DNA of 64,000 bases from Heterodontus francisci (lineage: Eukaryota). Each line of letters opens with the position of its first letter. The first letter of the stretch is position 1. The notes below the pieces were generated by a model, which did no database searches, was not told where the DNA came from, and saw nothing but the letters and a program-made list of their open reading frames with translations. Made by a program: the position numbers and the translations under genes. This document shows positions 12,101-24,060 of this stretch, piece after piece. The DNA lies in NCBI RefSeq assembly GCF_036365525.1, contig NW_027140989.1, positions 2,976,001 to 3,040,000 on the forward strand. Reading direction: 5' to 3'.

Positions 12101-14600
12101 ACTGTGTGTGAGTGTGGCATTAATTCTCTATCTGTCAGTGTCTGTTACTGTGTGTGAGTGCGGGATTAATTCTGTACCTGTCATTGTCTGTTAATGTATT
12201 TGAGTGTGGGATTAATTCTGATTCTGTCGTTGCCTGTTACTGTGTGTGAGTGTGGCATTAATTCTCTATCTGTCAGTGTCTGTTACTGTGTGTGAGTGCG
12301 GGATGAATTCTGTATCTGTCATTGTCTGTTAATGTATTTCAGTGTGGGATTAATTCGGCATCTATCACTGTCTGTTACCGTGTGTGAGTCTGGGATTAAT
12401 TCTGACTCGACAGTGTTTGTTACTGTGTGTGAGTGTGAGGTTAGTTCTCTATCTGTCAGTGTCTGTTACTGTGTGTTAGTGTGAGGTTAATTCTGTATCT
12501 GTCAGTCTCTGTTACTGTGTGTGAGTGTATGATTAATTCTGTATCTGTCAGTGTCTGTTACTGTGTGTGAGTGTGGGCTTAATTATGTATCTGTCAGTGT
12601 CTGTTACTGTGTGTGAGTGTGCGATTAATTCTGTATCTGTCTGTGTCTGTTACTGTGTGTGAGTGTGGGATTAATTCTGTATCTGTCAGTGTCTGTTACT
12701 GTGTGTGAGTGTGGGATTAATTCTGTATCTGTCAGTGTCTGTTACTGTGTGTGAGTGTGGGATTAATTCTGTCTCTGTCAGTGTCTGTTACTTTGTGTGA
12801 GTGTGGGATTAATTATTTTCTGTCAGTGTCTGTTACTGTGTGTGAGTGCGGGATTAATTCTGTATCTGTCATTGTCTGTTACTGTATTTGAGTGTGGGAT
12901 TAATTCTGTATCTGTCAGTTACTGTTACTGTGTGTGACTGTGGGATTAATTCTGTATCTGTCAGTGTCTGTTAATCCGTGTGAGTGCCGGATTAATTCTC
13001 TATCTGTCAGTGTCTGGTACCGTATGTGAGTGTGGGATTAGTTCTCTTTCTGTCAGTTTCTGGTACTGTGTGTGAGTGTGGGATGAATTCTGCATCTGTC
13101 ACTGTCTGTTACCGTGTGTGAGTGTGGGATTGATTCTGACTCGACAGTGTTTGTTACTGTGTGTGAGTGTGGGGTTAGTTCTCTATCTGTCAGTGTTTGT
13201 TACTGTGTGTTAGTGTGAGGTTAATTCTGTATCTGTCAGTCTCTGTTACTGTGTGTGAGTGTGGTATTAATTCTGTATCTGTCAGTGTCTGTTACTGTGT
13301 GTGAGTGTGGGATTAATTCTGTATCTGTCAGTGTCTGTTACTGTGTGTGAGTGTGGGATTAATTCTCTATCTGTCAGTGTCTGTTATTGTGTGTGAGTGT
13401 GGGTTTAATTCTGTCTCTGTCAGTGTCTGTTATTGTTTGTGAGTGTGGGATTAATTCTGTATCTGTCAGTGTCTGTTACTGTGTGTGAGTGTGGGATTAA
13501 TTCTGTCTCTGTCAGTGTCTGTTACTTTGTGTGAGTGTGGGATTAATTTTGTATCTGTCAGTGTCTGTTACTGTGTGTGAGTGTGGGATTAATTCTGCAT
13601 CTGTCAGTGTCTGTTACTGTATGTGAGTGTGGGATTATGTCTGATTCTGTCAGTGTCTGTAACTGTGTGTGAGTGTGGCATTAATTCTCTATCTGTCAGT
13701 GTCTGTTACTGTGTGTGAGTGCGGGATTAATTCTGTATCTGTCATTGTCTGTTACTGTATTTGATTGTGGGATTAATTCTGTATCTGTCAGTGACTGTTA
13801 CTGTGTGTGACTGTGGGATTAATTCTGTATCTGTCAGTGTCTGTTAATCCGTGTGAGTGCCGGATTAATTCTCTATCTGTCAGTGCCTGGTACTGTTTGT
13901 GAGTTTGGGATTGGTTCTCTTTCTGTCAGTTTCTGGTACTGTGTGTGAGTGTGGGATGAATTCTGCATCTGTCACTGTCTGTTACCGTTTGTGAGTGTGG
14001 GATTAATTCTGACTCGACAGTGTTTGTTACTGTGTGTGAGTGTGGGGTTAGTTCTCTATCTGTCAGTCTTTGTTACTGTGTGTTAGTGTGAGGTTAATTC
14101 TGTATCTGTCAGTCTCTGTTACTTTGTGTGAGTGTGGTATTAATTCTGTATCTGTCAGTGTCTGTTACTGTGTGTGAGTGTGGGATTAATTCTGTATCTG
14201 TCAGTGTCTGTTACTGTGTGTGAGTGTGGGATTAATTCTCTATCTGTCAGTGTCTGTTATTGTGTGTGAGTGTGGGTTTAATTCTGTCTCTGTCAGTGTC
14301 TGTTATTGTTTGTGAGTGTGGGATTAATTCTGTATCTGTCAGTGTCTGTTACTGTGTGTGAGTGTGGGATTAATTCTGTCTCCGTCAGTGTCTGTTACTT
14401 TGTGTGAGTGTGGGATTACTTTTGTATCTGCCAGTATCTGTTACTGTGTGTGAGTGTGGGATTGATTCTGGATCTGTCGGTGTCTGTTACTGTGTGTGAG
14501 TTTGGGGTTAGTTCTCTATCTGTCATTCTCTCGTCCAGGATGTGGTTTGGTTCTAAGTCTCCAGCTGTCATAATCTGTTACTGTGTGTGAGTGTGAAATT
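6131..14600. repeat. 46-bp tandem satellite, right part
   Basis: Same monomer and variants as 1-4592. Confidence 0.97.
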
Positions 14601-15411
14601 AGTTCTGGATCTCTCTCTGGTATTTTCTGTGATTGGAATTCATTCTATATTCACTCTGCTCTTCCATAGTATATTAGTTTGTGTTTCAATCTGTATCTGC
14701 CACTCTGTGGGAATCCGGATTCATTCTGTATCTGACTGTCTCTGCTCTCGTATCTTTGTGTGAGAGAAACTGATTCTGGATCTCTCAGTCCCTGGTGCAG
14801 TTTGTAAGTGTGAGTTTCATTCTCTCTCTGGCACTCTGATTCAATATGAATGAGAGATTAATTCTGTATCATACACTGTCTGATCCTGTATGGTTATTTG
14901 TATTTTACTTGCATCTGTCAGTCTCTGGTATTATATACATGTGTGGGATTAATATTGTTACTGTCAGTTTCTGTTACAGTATGTGAGCATGGAATGTATT
15001 CTATATTTGACAGTCTCTGCTACTCTGTATGGTTGTAGGATTCAATCTATATCTGTTGGCCGATGGTACTCTGTGTCTATGTGTGTGTGTGTGGTAGAAA
15101 CTATATATCATGCCAATGTCTCCCTTACTGCATGTGAAGGTGGGGTTCATTCTCTATCTCTCTGTCACTGGTACTGTTTAACTGTATTGGATATCTTCTG
15201 CCTGTGTCAGTTTGTGCTAAAGTGTGAATGATTGATTAATGCTGTTTGTGTCATTCTGTGTTACTGTGTATAGGTTTGAGTGTAATTCCTTATTTCTCAG
15301 AGTCTGATATTGTTTGTGAATGTGGGATTCAATCAGGATTTGTCAGTCTCTGTTGTTTGATGTCAGTGTGTGCTATCTTCTTTATCTTTAACTTTCTGGT
15401 ACTGCATCTGA

Positions 15412-15460
<49 letters not shown>

Positions 15461-15800
15461 CAGTGAGAGTGAGAGATAGTGATAGAGAGGAATCCATTCT
15501 CTGTCAGAATCTGGTATTGTGTACAATTGGGATTAATACTGTCTGTTTCATTCTCTTGCACTGTATGTGAATGTGTGGCCCGTTTTGTCGCTCTCAGTAG
15601 TGTGTGAGTGTGGCATTCTGTCTGTACCTATCAGTCTGGGGTACTGTTTGAAAGAGGGATCTGTCATTCCCTGATACTGTGTGTAAGCATGTGATTCATT
15701 CTGTATTTGTCTGTTTGAGGTACTGTTTGGGACTGTGAGATTTAGTCAGTATCTGTCAGTTGCTTGTATGTTTGTGCATCTGATGTTCATTTGTCATATG
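14601..15800. repeat. Degenerate edge of the 46-bp satellite, containing (TG)23 at 15413-15458
   Basis: Residual TCTGTCAGT / TGTGGGATT / ATTCTGTAT motifs with decaying periodicity. Confidence 0.75.
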
Positions 15801-16229
15801 CATTTCATTTGCATCTCACTTCTGGTCTCTGAAATAATATATTTACCATTAAGACCTTAATCTACAGTGATGGAATTGACACTGTATCTTTCAGTTTGAA
15901 ATGGGATGTAATGTGTAGCTCTGGGCTGAAAACAATTGATACTGCATCTTGCAGCTGTATAATGTGGATGAATGCTGAACTGTGATCAAAGTTGTCCCTC
16001 GGGGTATCACTATTTTACAGCATCACTCAATCTGATACTGCACAGAATTTTGGTCTTGCATCTAAGCTGGGTGTGTGGTTACACTATTGGGATGAATGTT
16101 GTTGAAACTGATACTGCAGGTTAAGTGGTGACATTTTAATTTGTGTCCTGGAGCATCTTCCTGGTATGAATTCTATACCTTTCAATCGGGTACAAGTGTC
16201 AGATCTATCTAATATTTAATTTGTAGCTC

Positions 16230-17160
16230 AGGCTGCACAGAGTCTATTTCAAAATTTGCTGACAGCGCCAATCTTGGACGTGAGGCAAACAGTGAGGATG
16301 ATATGAACTGCCTGTAACAGGACATAGACAGGCTAGTAGAATGGGCAGAGAGGTGGCAGATTGAATTTAATACTGACAAGTGTGAGGTGATGCATTTTGG
16401 CAGAAGGAATAAGGAGAGGCAATATATAATTATTGGCACAGTTCTAAAGAGTTTGCAGGAATAGAGGGTCCTGAGGGTGCAAGTGCATTGATCTTTGTAA
16501 CTGGCAGGACATATTGACAGATTGGATAGTAAATATGGGATCTTGGGCTTGATAAACAGAGGCATTGAGTACAAAGGCAGGGAGGTTATGCTGAACCTTT
16601 ATAAAGCTCTGGTTAGACCCCAAATGGAGTAGTGTGTCTAGTTTTGGTCACCATACCTCAGCATGGATGGGAGGGTCCTTGAGAGGGTGCAGAGGAGATT
16701 TACCAGAATGGTTCCAGGGATGGAGGATTTTAGTCACAAGGTTAGGTTGGAAATTCTGGGCTTGTTTTCCTCAGAACAAAGGAGATTGAGGGGAGATTTA
16801 ACAGAAGTGTACAAGATCTTAACAGGCAAGCTGGAAAGGGAAAAACTGTTGCCATTAACAAATGATACAAGGACTAGTTTACACAGATTGAATGATTTTG
16901 ACCAGAGATTCAGGGGGAATATGGGGAAACACTGTTATACACAGGGGGTGATAATGACCTGGAACTCACTGCCCACAAGGAAGGTGGAAGTGGAGACAAT
17001 CACTGACTTCAGTAGGATGTTGAATGGTCACCTGAGAGAAATAGACGTGCAGGGCTACGGGGATCGAGAAGGGGAGAGGGACTGACTGTATTCCTTTGTG
17101 GAGAGTAAACATGGAGTCAATGGGCCGAATAGCCTCCTCTGTGCTGTAAATGACACTGTG
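16230..17160 (+). mobile_element. Decayed CR1 3' fragment
   Basis: KFAD, CEVMHFG and LERVQRRFTRM motifs with in-frame stops; tail GGGCCGAATAGCCTCCTCTGTGCTGTAA. Confidence 0.9.
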
Positions 17161-17633
17161 ACTTTATTTAAATCTGGTAGTTGACCTGGGATTCATGTCT
17201 CTCCCTGTCGGCATTACTGAATTGGTTTGAACTGGATACAATGTCTGTCTCTCCTGCTCTATTTACCTTGTTGGGATTGAAAATGTCTGTCTGGATCTTG
17301 GGATCAGTTTGAGATTGATTCCTTCTGGTGTCCCTGACAGTGGAACTGGTGAGCTGTCTGTGCCTTTACACTCTAGGAATGATCACGTACCTACTGTGTG
17401 TTCGCAGGAGCTGGGCCGCACCATTCCTTGGTCCTGGGAAACATCACATCTATTCTGGTTCCTGCACAAAGGAGAAGTATTCCTTGTAAGACAAGAACAG
17501 GTGAGGGTTAGAACATTACAGTTTCATCATTGTCATTTCCACAGTGGGAACCCGGTGATACAAAGTGTCAGTGTTGGACAGCACTGCAGTGCAGCAGCAC
17601 AGTTTTGTTCCCCCTTATCCTGTCCACAGCACA

Positions 17634-18240
17634 AAAACATAAGAACTAGGAACAGGAGTAGGCCATTCAGCCCATCAAGCCCTCTCCACCATTCAATGAG
17701 ATCATGGTTGATCCACTTCAACACCATAACCCTGCACTATCCCTGTAACCCTTGATGTTTTTAGTATATATAAATGTATCGATCTCCATCTTGAACTTAC
17801 TCAATGACTGAGCCTCCACAGCCCTCTGGGTAGAGAATTCCAAAGATTCACCAGCCTCTGAGTGAAGAAATTCCTCCTCATCTCAGTCCTAAATGGCCTG
17901 CTCCTTATTCTGAGACTGTGTCCCCTGGTTATAGATCCCCAGTCCGGGGAAAGATCCTTCCTACATCTGCCCTATCGATCCCTGTAAGAATTTTGAATGT
18001 TTGAATGAGATCACCTCTCATTCTTCTGAACTCCAGAGAATAAAGGCCCAGTGTGTTTAATCTTCCCTTATAAGGTAATCCCTTCATCCCAGGAAATAGT
18101 TTGGTGAACCTTCATGGCACTCCCTCCATGACAAGTATATATATTTTATAGGTAAGAGACCAAAACTGCACACAATACTGCAGGTGCAGTCTCAAAAAGT
18201 CTCTATTTCATTGCAGCAAGATATCTTTACTCCGATACTC
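17634..18240 (-). mobile_element. Decayed CR1 3' fragment
   Basis: Reverse-complement CR1 tail (AGGAACAGGAGTAGGCCATTCAGCCC) and QFWS / LRGDLI-like coding remnants. Confidence 0.85.
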
Positions 18241-20170
18241 ATCCTCTGTCAGAACATTAGTCTACAGTGCTGCAGATTCCCAGTGCTGTCTGATCATTAG
18301 TCTACAGTACTGCAGATTCCCAGTGCTGTCTGATCATTAGTCCACAGTACTGCAGATTCCCAGTGCTGTCTGATCAATAGACTACAGTACTGCAGATTCC
18401 CGGTGCTGTTTGATCATTAGTCTACAGTACTGAAGATTCCCAGTGCTGTCTGATCATTAGTCTACAGTACTGCAGATTCCCGGTGCTGTCTGATCATTAG
18501 TCTACAGCACTGCAGATTCCCAGTGCTGTCTGATCATTAGTCCACAGTACTGCAGATTCCCGGTGCTGCCTGATCATTAGTCCACAGTACTGCAGATTCC
18601 CGGTGCTGTCTGATCATTAGTCTACAGTACTGCAGATTCCCAGTACTGTCTGATCATTAGTCCACAGTACTGCAGATTCCCGGTGCTGTCTGATCATTAG
18701 TCTACAGTACTGCAGATTCCCGGTGCTGTCTGATCATTAGTCTGCAGTACTGCAGATTCCCGGTGCTGTCTGATCATTAGTCCACAGTACTGCAGATTCC
18801 CGGTGCTGTCTGATCATTAGTCCACAGTACTGCAGATTCCCGGTGCTGTCTGATCATTAGTCTACAGTACTGCAGATTCCCGGTGCTGTCTGATCATCAG
18901 TCTACAGTACTGCAGATTCCCAGTACTGTCTGATCATTAGTCCACAGTACTGCAGATTCCCGGTGCTGTCTGATCATTGGTCTACAGTACTGCAGATTCC
19001 CGGTGCTGTCTGATCATTAGTCTGCAGTACTGCAGATTCCCGGTGCTGTCTGATCATTAGTCTACAGTACTGCAGATTCCCAGTGCTGTCTGATCATTAG
19101 TCTACAGTACTGCAGATTCCCGGTGCTGTCTGATCATTAGTCTACAGTACTGCAGATTCCCGGTGCTGTCTGATCATTCGTCTGCAGTACTGCAGATTTC
19201 CGGTGCTGTCTGATCATTAGTCTACAGTACTGTAGATTCCCAGTACTATCTGATCACTAGTCTACAGTACTGCAGATTCCCAGTACTGTCTGATCATTAG
19301 TCTACAGTACTGCAGAGTCCCAGTGCTGTCTGATTTTTAGTCTGCAATACTGCAGATTCCCAGTGCTGTATGATCATTAGTCCACAGTACTGCAGATTCC
19401 CGGTGCTGTCTGATCATTTGTCGACAGTGCTGCAGATTCCCGGTGCTGTCTGATCATTAGTCTACAGTACTGCAGATTCCCGGTGCTTTCTGATCATTAG
19501 TCTACAGCACTGCACATTCCCGGTGCTGTCTCATCATTAGTCTGCAGTACTGCAGATTCCCGGTGCTGTCTGATCATTAGACTACAGTACTGCAGATTCC
19601 CGGTGCTGTCTGATCATTAGTCCGCTGTACTGCAGATTCCCGGTGCTGTCTGATCATTAGTCTACAGTACTGCAGATTCCCGGTGCTGTCTGATCATTAG
19701 TCTACAGTACTGCAGATTCCCGGTGCTGTCTGATCATTAGTATGCAGTACTGCAGATTCCCGGTGCTGTCTGATCATTAGTTTGCAGTACTGCATATTCC
19801 CGGTGCTGTCTGATCATTAGTCTACAGTACTGCAGATTCCCGGTGCTGTCTGATCATTAGTCTACAGTACTGCAGATTCCCAGTGCTGTCTGATCATTAG
19901 TCTACAGTATTGCAGATTCCCGGTGCTGTCTGATCACTAGTCTACAGTACTGCAGATTCCCGGTGCTGTCTGGTCATTAGTCTACAGTACTGCAGATTCC
20001 CGGTGCTGTCTGATCACTAGTCTACAGTACTGCAGATTCCCGGCGCTGTCTGATCATTAGTCTACAGTACTGCAGATTCCCAGTGCTGTCTGATCATTAG
20101 TCTACAGTACTGCAGATTCCCAGTGCTGTCTGATCATTAGTCTACAGTACTGCAGATCTACAATACTGTT
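18241..20170. repeat. 40-bp tandem array, about 48 copies
   Basis: TCTACAGTACTGCAGATTCCC(A/G)GTGCTGTCTGATCATTAG with strict 40-bp period and no unique spacers. Confidence 0.97.
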
Positions 20171-20570
20171 TGATTGAAGACTTTTGGTTGATCAGCATAC
20201 ACATAATGGCCAGCACCTCAAATAGCCTACAAAACAAAACAAAACATATATGTTAATGTTGACAAAGTATGTTGAACAATTTCTGGCATTAACATTTGAT
20301 GCAAATTTACATAAAGCTTCCTGTCACTTTTTTTTCAAATAAAAATATTCTTCGCCTAGATTATTTGATGTCATAGTTGAATGTCAGCCCTACAAAGCTT
20401 TCAGATTATCCATCTATCCTTTGAGATCTTTGTAAGTTTTTGTAGTACTGCCAGATAAACAATCAGCAAGTGCTGCTTGTTCATTGCTTTTACACACTGG
20501 ACTGCCCTGTTCCTCAAAAAATTACAGTTCAGTCATGGAAGAGATAAAACATCCCAGAAACCCTGATGTT

Positions 20571-22152
20571 AACAAAGAACAGTACAGCACAGGAACAGGC
20601 CATTCGGCCCTCCAAGCCAGCCATCTTGATGCCTGCTGAAACTAACACCTTCTGCACTTCTGGGGCCCATATCCCTCTATTCCCATCCTATTCATATATT
20701 TGTCAAGATGGCTCTTAAACGTCGCTATCTTATCTGCTTGCACCACCTCCCCTGGCAGCAAGTTCCAGGCACTCACCACCCTCTGTGTAAATAACTTGCC
20801 TCGCACATCCCCTCTAAACATTGCCCCTCGCACCTTAAACCTATCTCCCCTAGTAACTGACTCTTCCACCCTGGGAAAAAGCTTCTGACTATCCAATCTG
20901 TCCATGCGCTCATAACTTTGTAAACCTCTATCATGTTGCCCCTCCACCTCCGTCGTTCCAGTGAAATCAATCCGAGTTTTCCCAACTCTCCTCATAGCTA
21001 ATGCCCTCCAGACCGGGAAACATCCTGGTGAACCTCCTCTGTACCCTCTCCAAAGCCTCCACGTCCTTCTGGTAGTGGCGACCAGAATTGCACGCAATAT
21101 TCTAAGTGGGTCCCAACTAAGGTTCTGTACAGCTGCAACATGACTTGCCAATTTTTATACGCTATGCCCCGACCGATGAAGGCAAGCATGCCGCATGCCT
21201 TCTTGACTATCTTATCCACCTGCGTTGCCACTTTCAGTGACCTGTGAACCTGTACGCCCAGATCTCTCTGCCTGTCAATACTCCTAAGCGTTTTGCCATT
21301 TACTGTATACCTCCCTCCTGCATTAGACCTTCCAAAATGCATTACCTCACATTTGTCTGGATTAAACTCCATCTGCCATTTCTCCGCCCAAGTCTCCAGC
21401 CGATCGATATCCTGTTGTAACCTCTGACAATCCTCATCATTATCCGTAACTCCACCAACATTTGTGTCGTCCGCAAACTTACTAATCAGACCAGCTACAT
21501 TTTCCTCCAAATCATTTATATATACTACAAACAGCAAAGGTCCCAGCTCTGATCCCTGTGGAACACCTCTAGTCACATCCCTCCATTCAGAAAAACACCC
21601 ATCCACTGTTACACTCTGCCTTCTATGACTGAGCCAGTTCTGTATCCATCTTGCCAGCTCACCTCTGATCCCGTGTGACTTCACCTTTTGCACCAATCTG
21701 CCATACGGGACCTTGTCAAAGGCTTTACTAAAATCCATATAGACAACATCCACTGCCCTTCCCTCATCAATCATCTTCGTCACCTCCTCAAAAAAGTCAA
21801 TCAAATTAGTAAGACACGACCTCCCCTTCACAAAACCATGCTGTCTCTCGCTAATAAGTTTGTTTGTTTCCAAATGGCATTAAATAATGTCCCCAAGAAT
21901 CCTTTCCAATAGTTTCCCTACCACTAACGTCAGCCTCACCAGACAAGAATTTCCTGGATTATCCTTGCCACCTTTATTAAACAAAGGAACAACATTGGCT
22001 ATTCTCCAGTCCTCTGGGACCTCACCTGTCGCCAATGAGGATGCAAAGATTTCTGTCAAGGCCCCAGCAATTTCTTCCCTTGCATCCCTCAGAATTCTAG
22101 GGTCGATCCCATCAGTCCCTGGGGACTTATCTAACTTAATGCTTTGCAAGTA
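20571..22152 (-). mobile_element. 5'-truncated, frameshifted CR1 LINE
   Basis: ORF pieces 21880-22149, 20998-21873 and 20642-21151 carry KSPGTDG, QHGF, GVPQGS and FADD; tail at 20571-20615. Confidence 0.95.
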
Positions 22153-22419
22153 TTAAAATGCAAAACAAATAATCTAATCGTGATCAAATACAGTTATGTA
22201 TTTATTGAACATCTTTCTTCCAACTCCTTGAGTACATAAAATTAAAGATCCCAACTCTAGGAACCAAAATAAGTTTTTGTTGGTAACTTATAAATACACA
22301 CAGTATTTATCTTTTCTGTCAGAAATATCAGCCTGTCTCTTCTCAGACTTTCAAACAACTTCTTGACTCCCTCATGATTTTTACGCAGTCTTCTCATGAG
22401 ATTATCCATTTTCTCTCCA

Positions 22420-22595
22420 CAAAGAAAGACTTGCTCTTCTCGAGCACCTTACACAATCTCAGGACGTTCCAAAACACATTCCACCCAATGAAGATCTTTG
22501 TGAATTGTCATCACTGTTGTACAGTAGGAAACACAGCAGCCATTTCCCACAGCAAGTTCCCACAAACAGCACTTTGATAATAACCAGATAGAACA
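22420..22595 (-). mobile_element. Deu-SINE-like (SacSINE1/AmnSINE type) fragment
   Basis: Minus strand reads GCTGTTTGTGGGAACTTGCTGTG...GGCTGCTGTGTTTCCTAC followed by an L2-like tail; matches my recollection of the Deu domain. Confidence 0.6.
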
Positions 22596-22621
22596 GAAAC
22601 AAATTGTGTCAAACCAAAGTT

Positions 22622-22911
22622 TAGAGATACAGCACCACTGAAACAGGCCCTTCGGCCCACCGAGTCTGTGCCGACCATCAACCACCCATTTATACTAATC
22701 CCATATCCCGACCACCTCACGAGAGAAGGGGCAATTTATAATGGCCAATTAACCAAACAACCTGCATGTCTTTGGCATGTGGGAGGAAACCGGAGCACCT
22801 GGAGGAAACCCAAGCAGACACAGGGAGAACTTGCAAACTCCACACAGACAGTACCCAGAATTGAACCAGGGTCGCTGGAGCTGTGAGGCTGCGGAGCTAA
22901 CGACTGCGCCA
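22622..22911 (-). mobile_element. HE1-like V-SINE (tRNA head, V domain, CR1-derived tail)
   Basis: Minus strand: A box GTGGCGCAGTCGTTAG, B box GGTTCAATTC, V domain GGGTTTCCTCCAGGTGCTCCGGTTTCCTCCCAC, tail GGGCCGAAGGGCCTGTTTCAG shared with the CR1s in this window. Confidence 0.88.
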
Positions 22912-22991
22912 CTAGATTAAAATAGATTAAAAAGAAAACTAATAGCCTACTCCAATGAGGCACCCAATCAGCAGTGAGGTGAACACTGGAT

Positions 22992-24060
22992 TTAGTAGTC
23001 TCAGTTACAGACATAACAGGTCAGTCGTCCCATTCACAGAGATAGCAAGTAAGTAGTCTCAGTTACAGACAGAGCAAGTAAGTAGTCTCAGTTACAGACA
23101 GAGCAAGAAAGCAGTCAAAGTTACAGACACAGCAAGTAAATAGTCTCAGTTACAGACAGAGCAAGTAATTAGTCTCAGTTACAGACAGAGCAAGTAAGTA
23201 GTCTCGGTTACAGACAGAGCAAGTAAGTAGTCTCAGTTACAGACAGAGCAAGTTAGCAATCTCAGTTACAGAGATAGCAAGTAAGTAGTCTCAGTTACAG
23301 ACAGAGAAAGTAAGTAGTTTCAGTTACAGACAGAGCAAGTAAGTAGTCTCAGCTACGGACAGAGCAAGTAAGTAGTCTCAGTTACAGAGATAGCAAGTAA
23401 GTAGTCTCAGTTACAGACAGAGCAAGTAAGTAGTCTCAGTTACAGACAGAGCAAGTAAGTAATCTCAGTTACAGACAGAGCAAGTAAGTAGTCTCAGTTA
23501 CAGACAGAGCAAGTAAGTAGTCTCAGTTACAGTCAGAACAACTAAGTAACCTCAGTTACAGGCAGAGCAAGTAAGTAGTCTCAGTTACAGACAGAGCAAG
23601 TAAGTAGTCCCAGTCCCAGAGACAGCAAGTAAGTAGTCTCAGTTACAGACAGAGCAAGTAAGTAGTCTCAGTTACAGACAGAGCAAGTAAGTAGTCTCAG
23701 TTACAGGCAGAGCTAGTAAGTAGTCTCAGTTACAGAGATCGCAAGTAAGTAGTCTCAGTTACAGAGATCGCAAGTAAGTAGTCTCAGTTACAGACAGAGC
23801 AAGTAAGTAGTCTCAGTTACAGACAGAGCAAGTAAGTAGTCTCAGTTACAGGCAGAGCCAGTAAGTAGTCTCAGTTACAGAGATAGCAAGTAAGTAGTCT
23901 CAGTCCAGAGATTGCAAGTAAGTAGTCTAAGTTACGGAGACAGAAAGTAAGTAGTCTCAGTTACAGACAGAGCAAGTAAGTAGTCTCAGTTAGAGACATA
24001 GCATTTAAGTAGTCTCAGTGACAGACAGAGCTAGTCAGTAGTCTCAGTGACAGACACAGC
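22992..24060. repeat. 29-bp tandem array, about 36 copies
   Basis: GAGCAAGTAAGTAGTCTCAGTTACAGACA, period 29 (23641 to 23670). Confidence 0.96.

Noticed and set aside
1438-14590. Many Cys/Val/Ser-rich or Thr/Asp/His-rich short ORFs
   Set aside because: Translations of the 46-bp satellite; 46 is not a multiple of 3 and stops recur
18241-20170. CRISPR-like palindromic repeat array
   Set aside because: Head-to-tail units with no unique spacers, no cas genes, vertebrate context; the same applies to the 29-, 41- and 46-bp arrays
22840-22911. tRNA-like A and B boxes
   Set aside because: Head of the V-SINE, not a tRNA gene
22992-24060. Relationship of the 29-bp unit to the 46-bp satellite via TGTCTGTAACTG
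   Set aside because: Only a 12-bp low-complexity match; insufficient to claim homology
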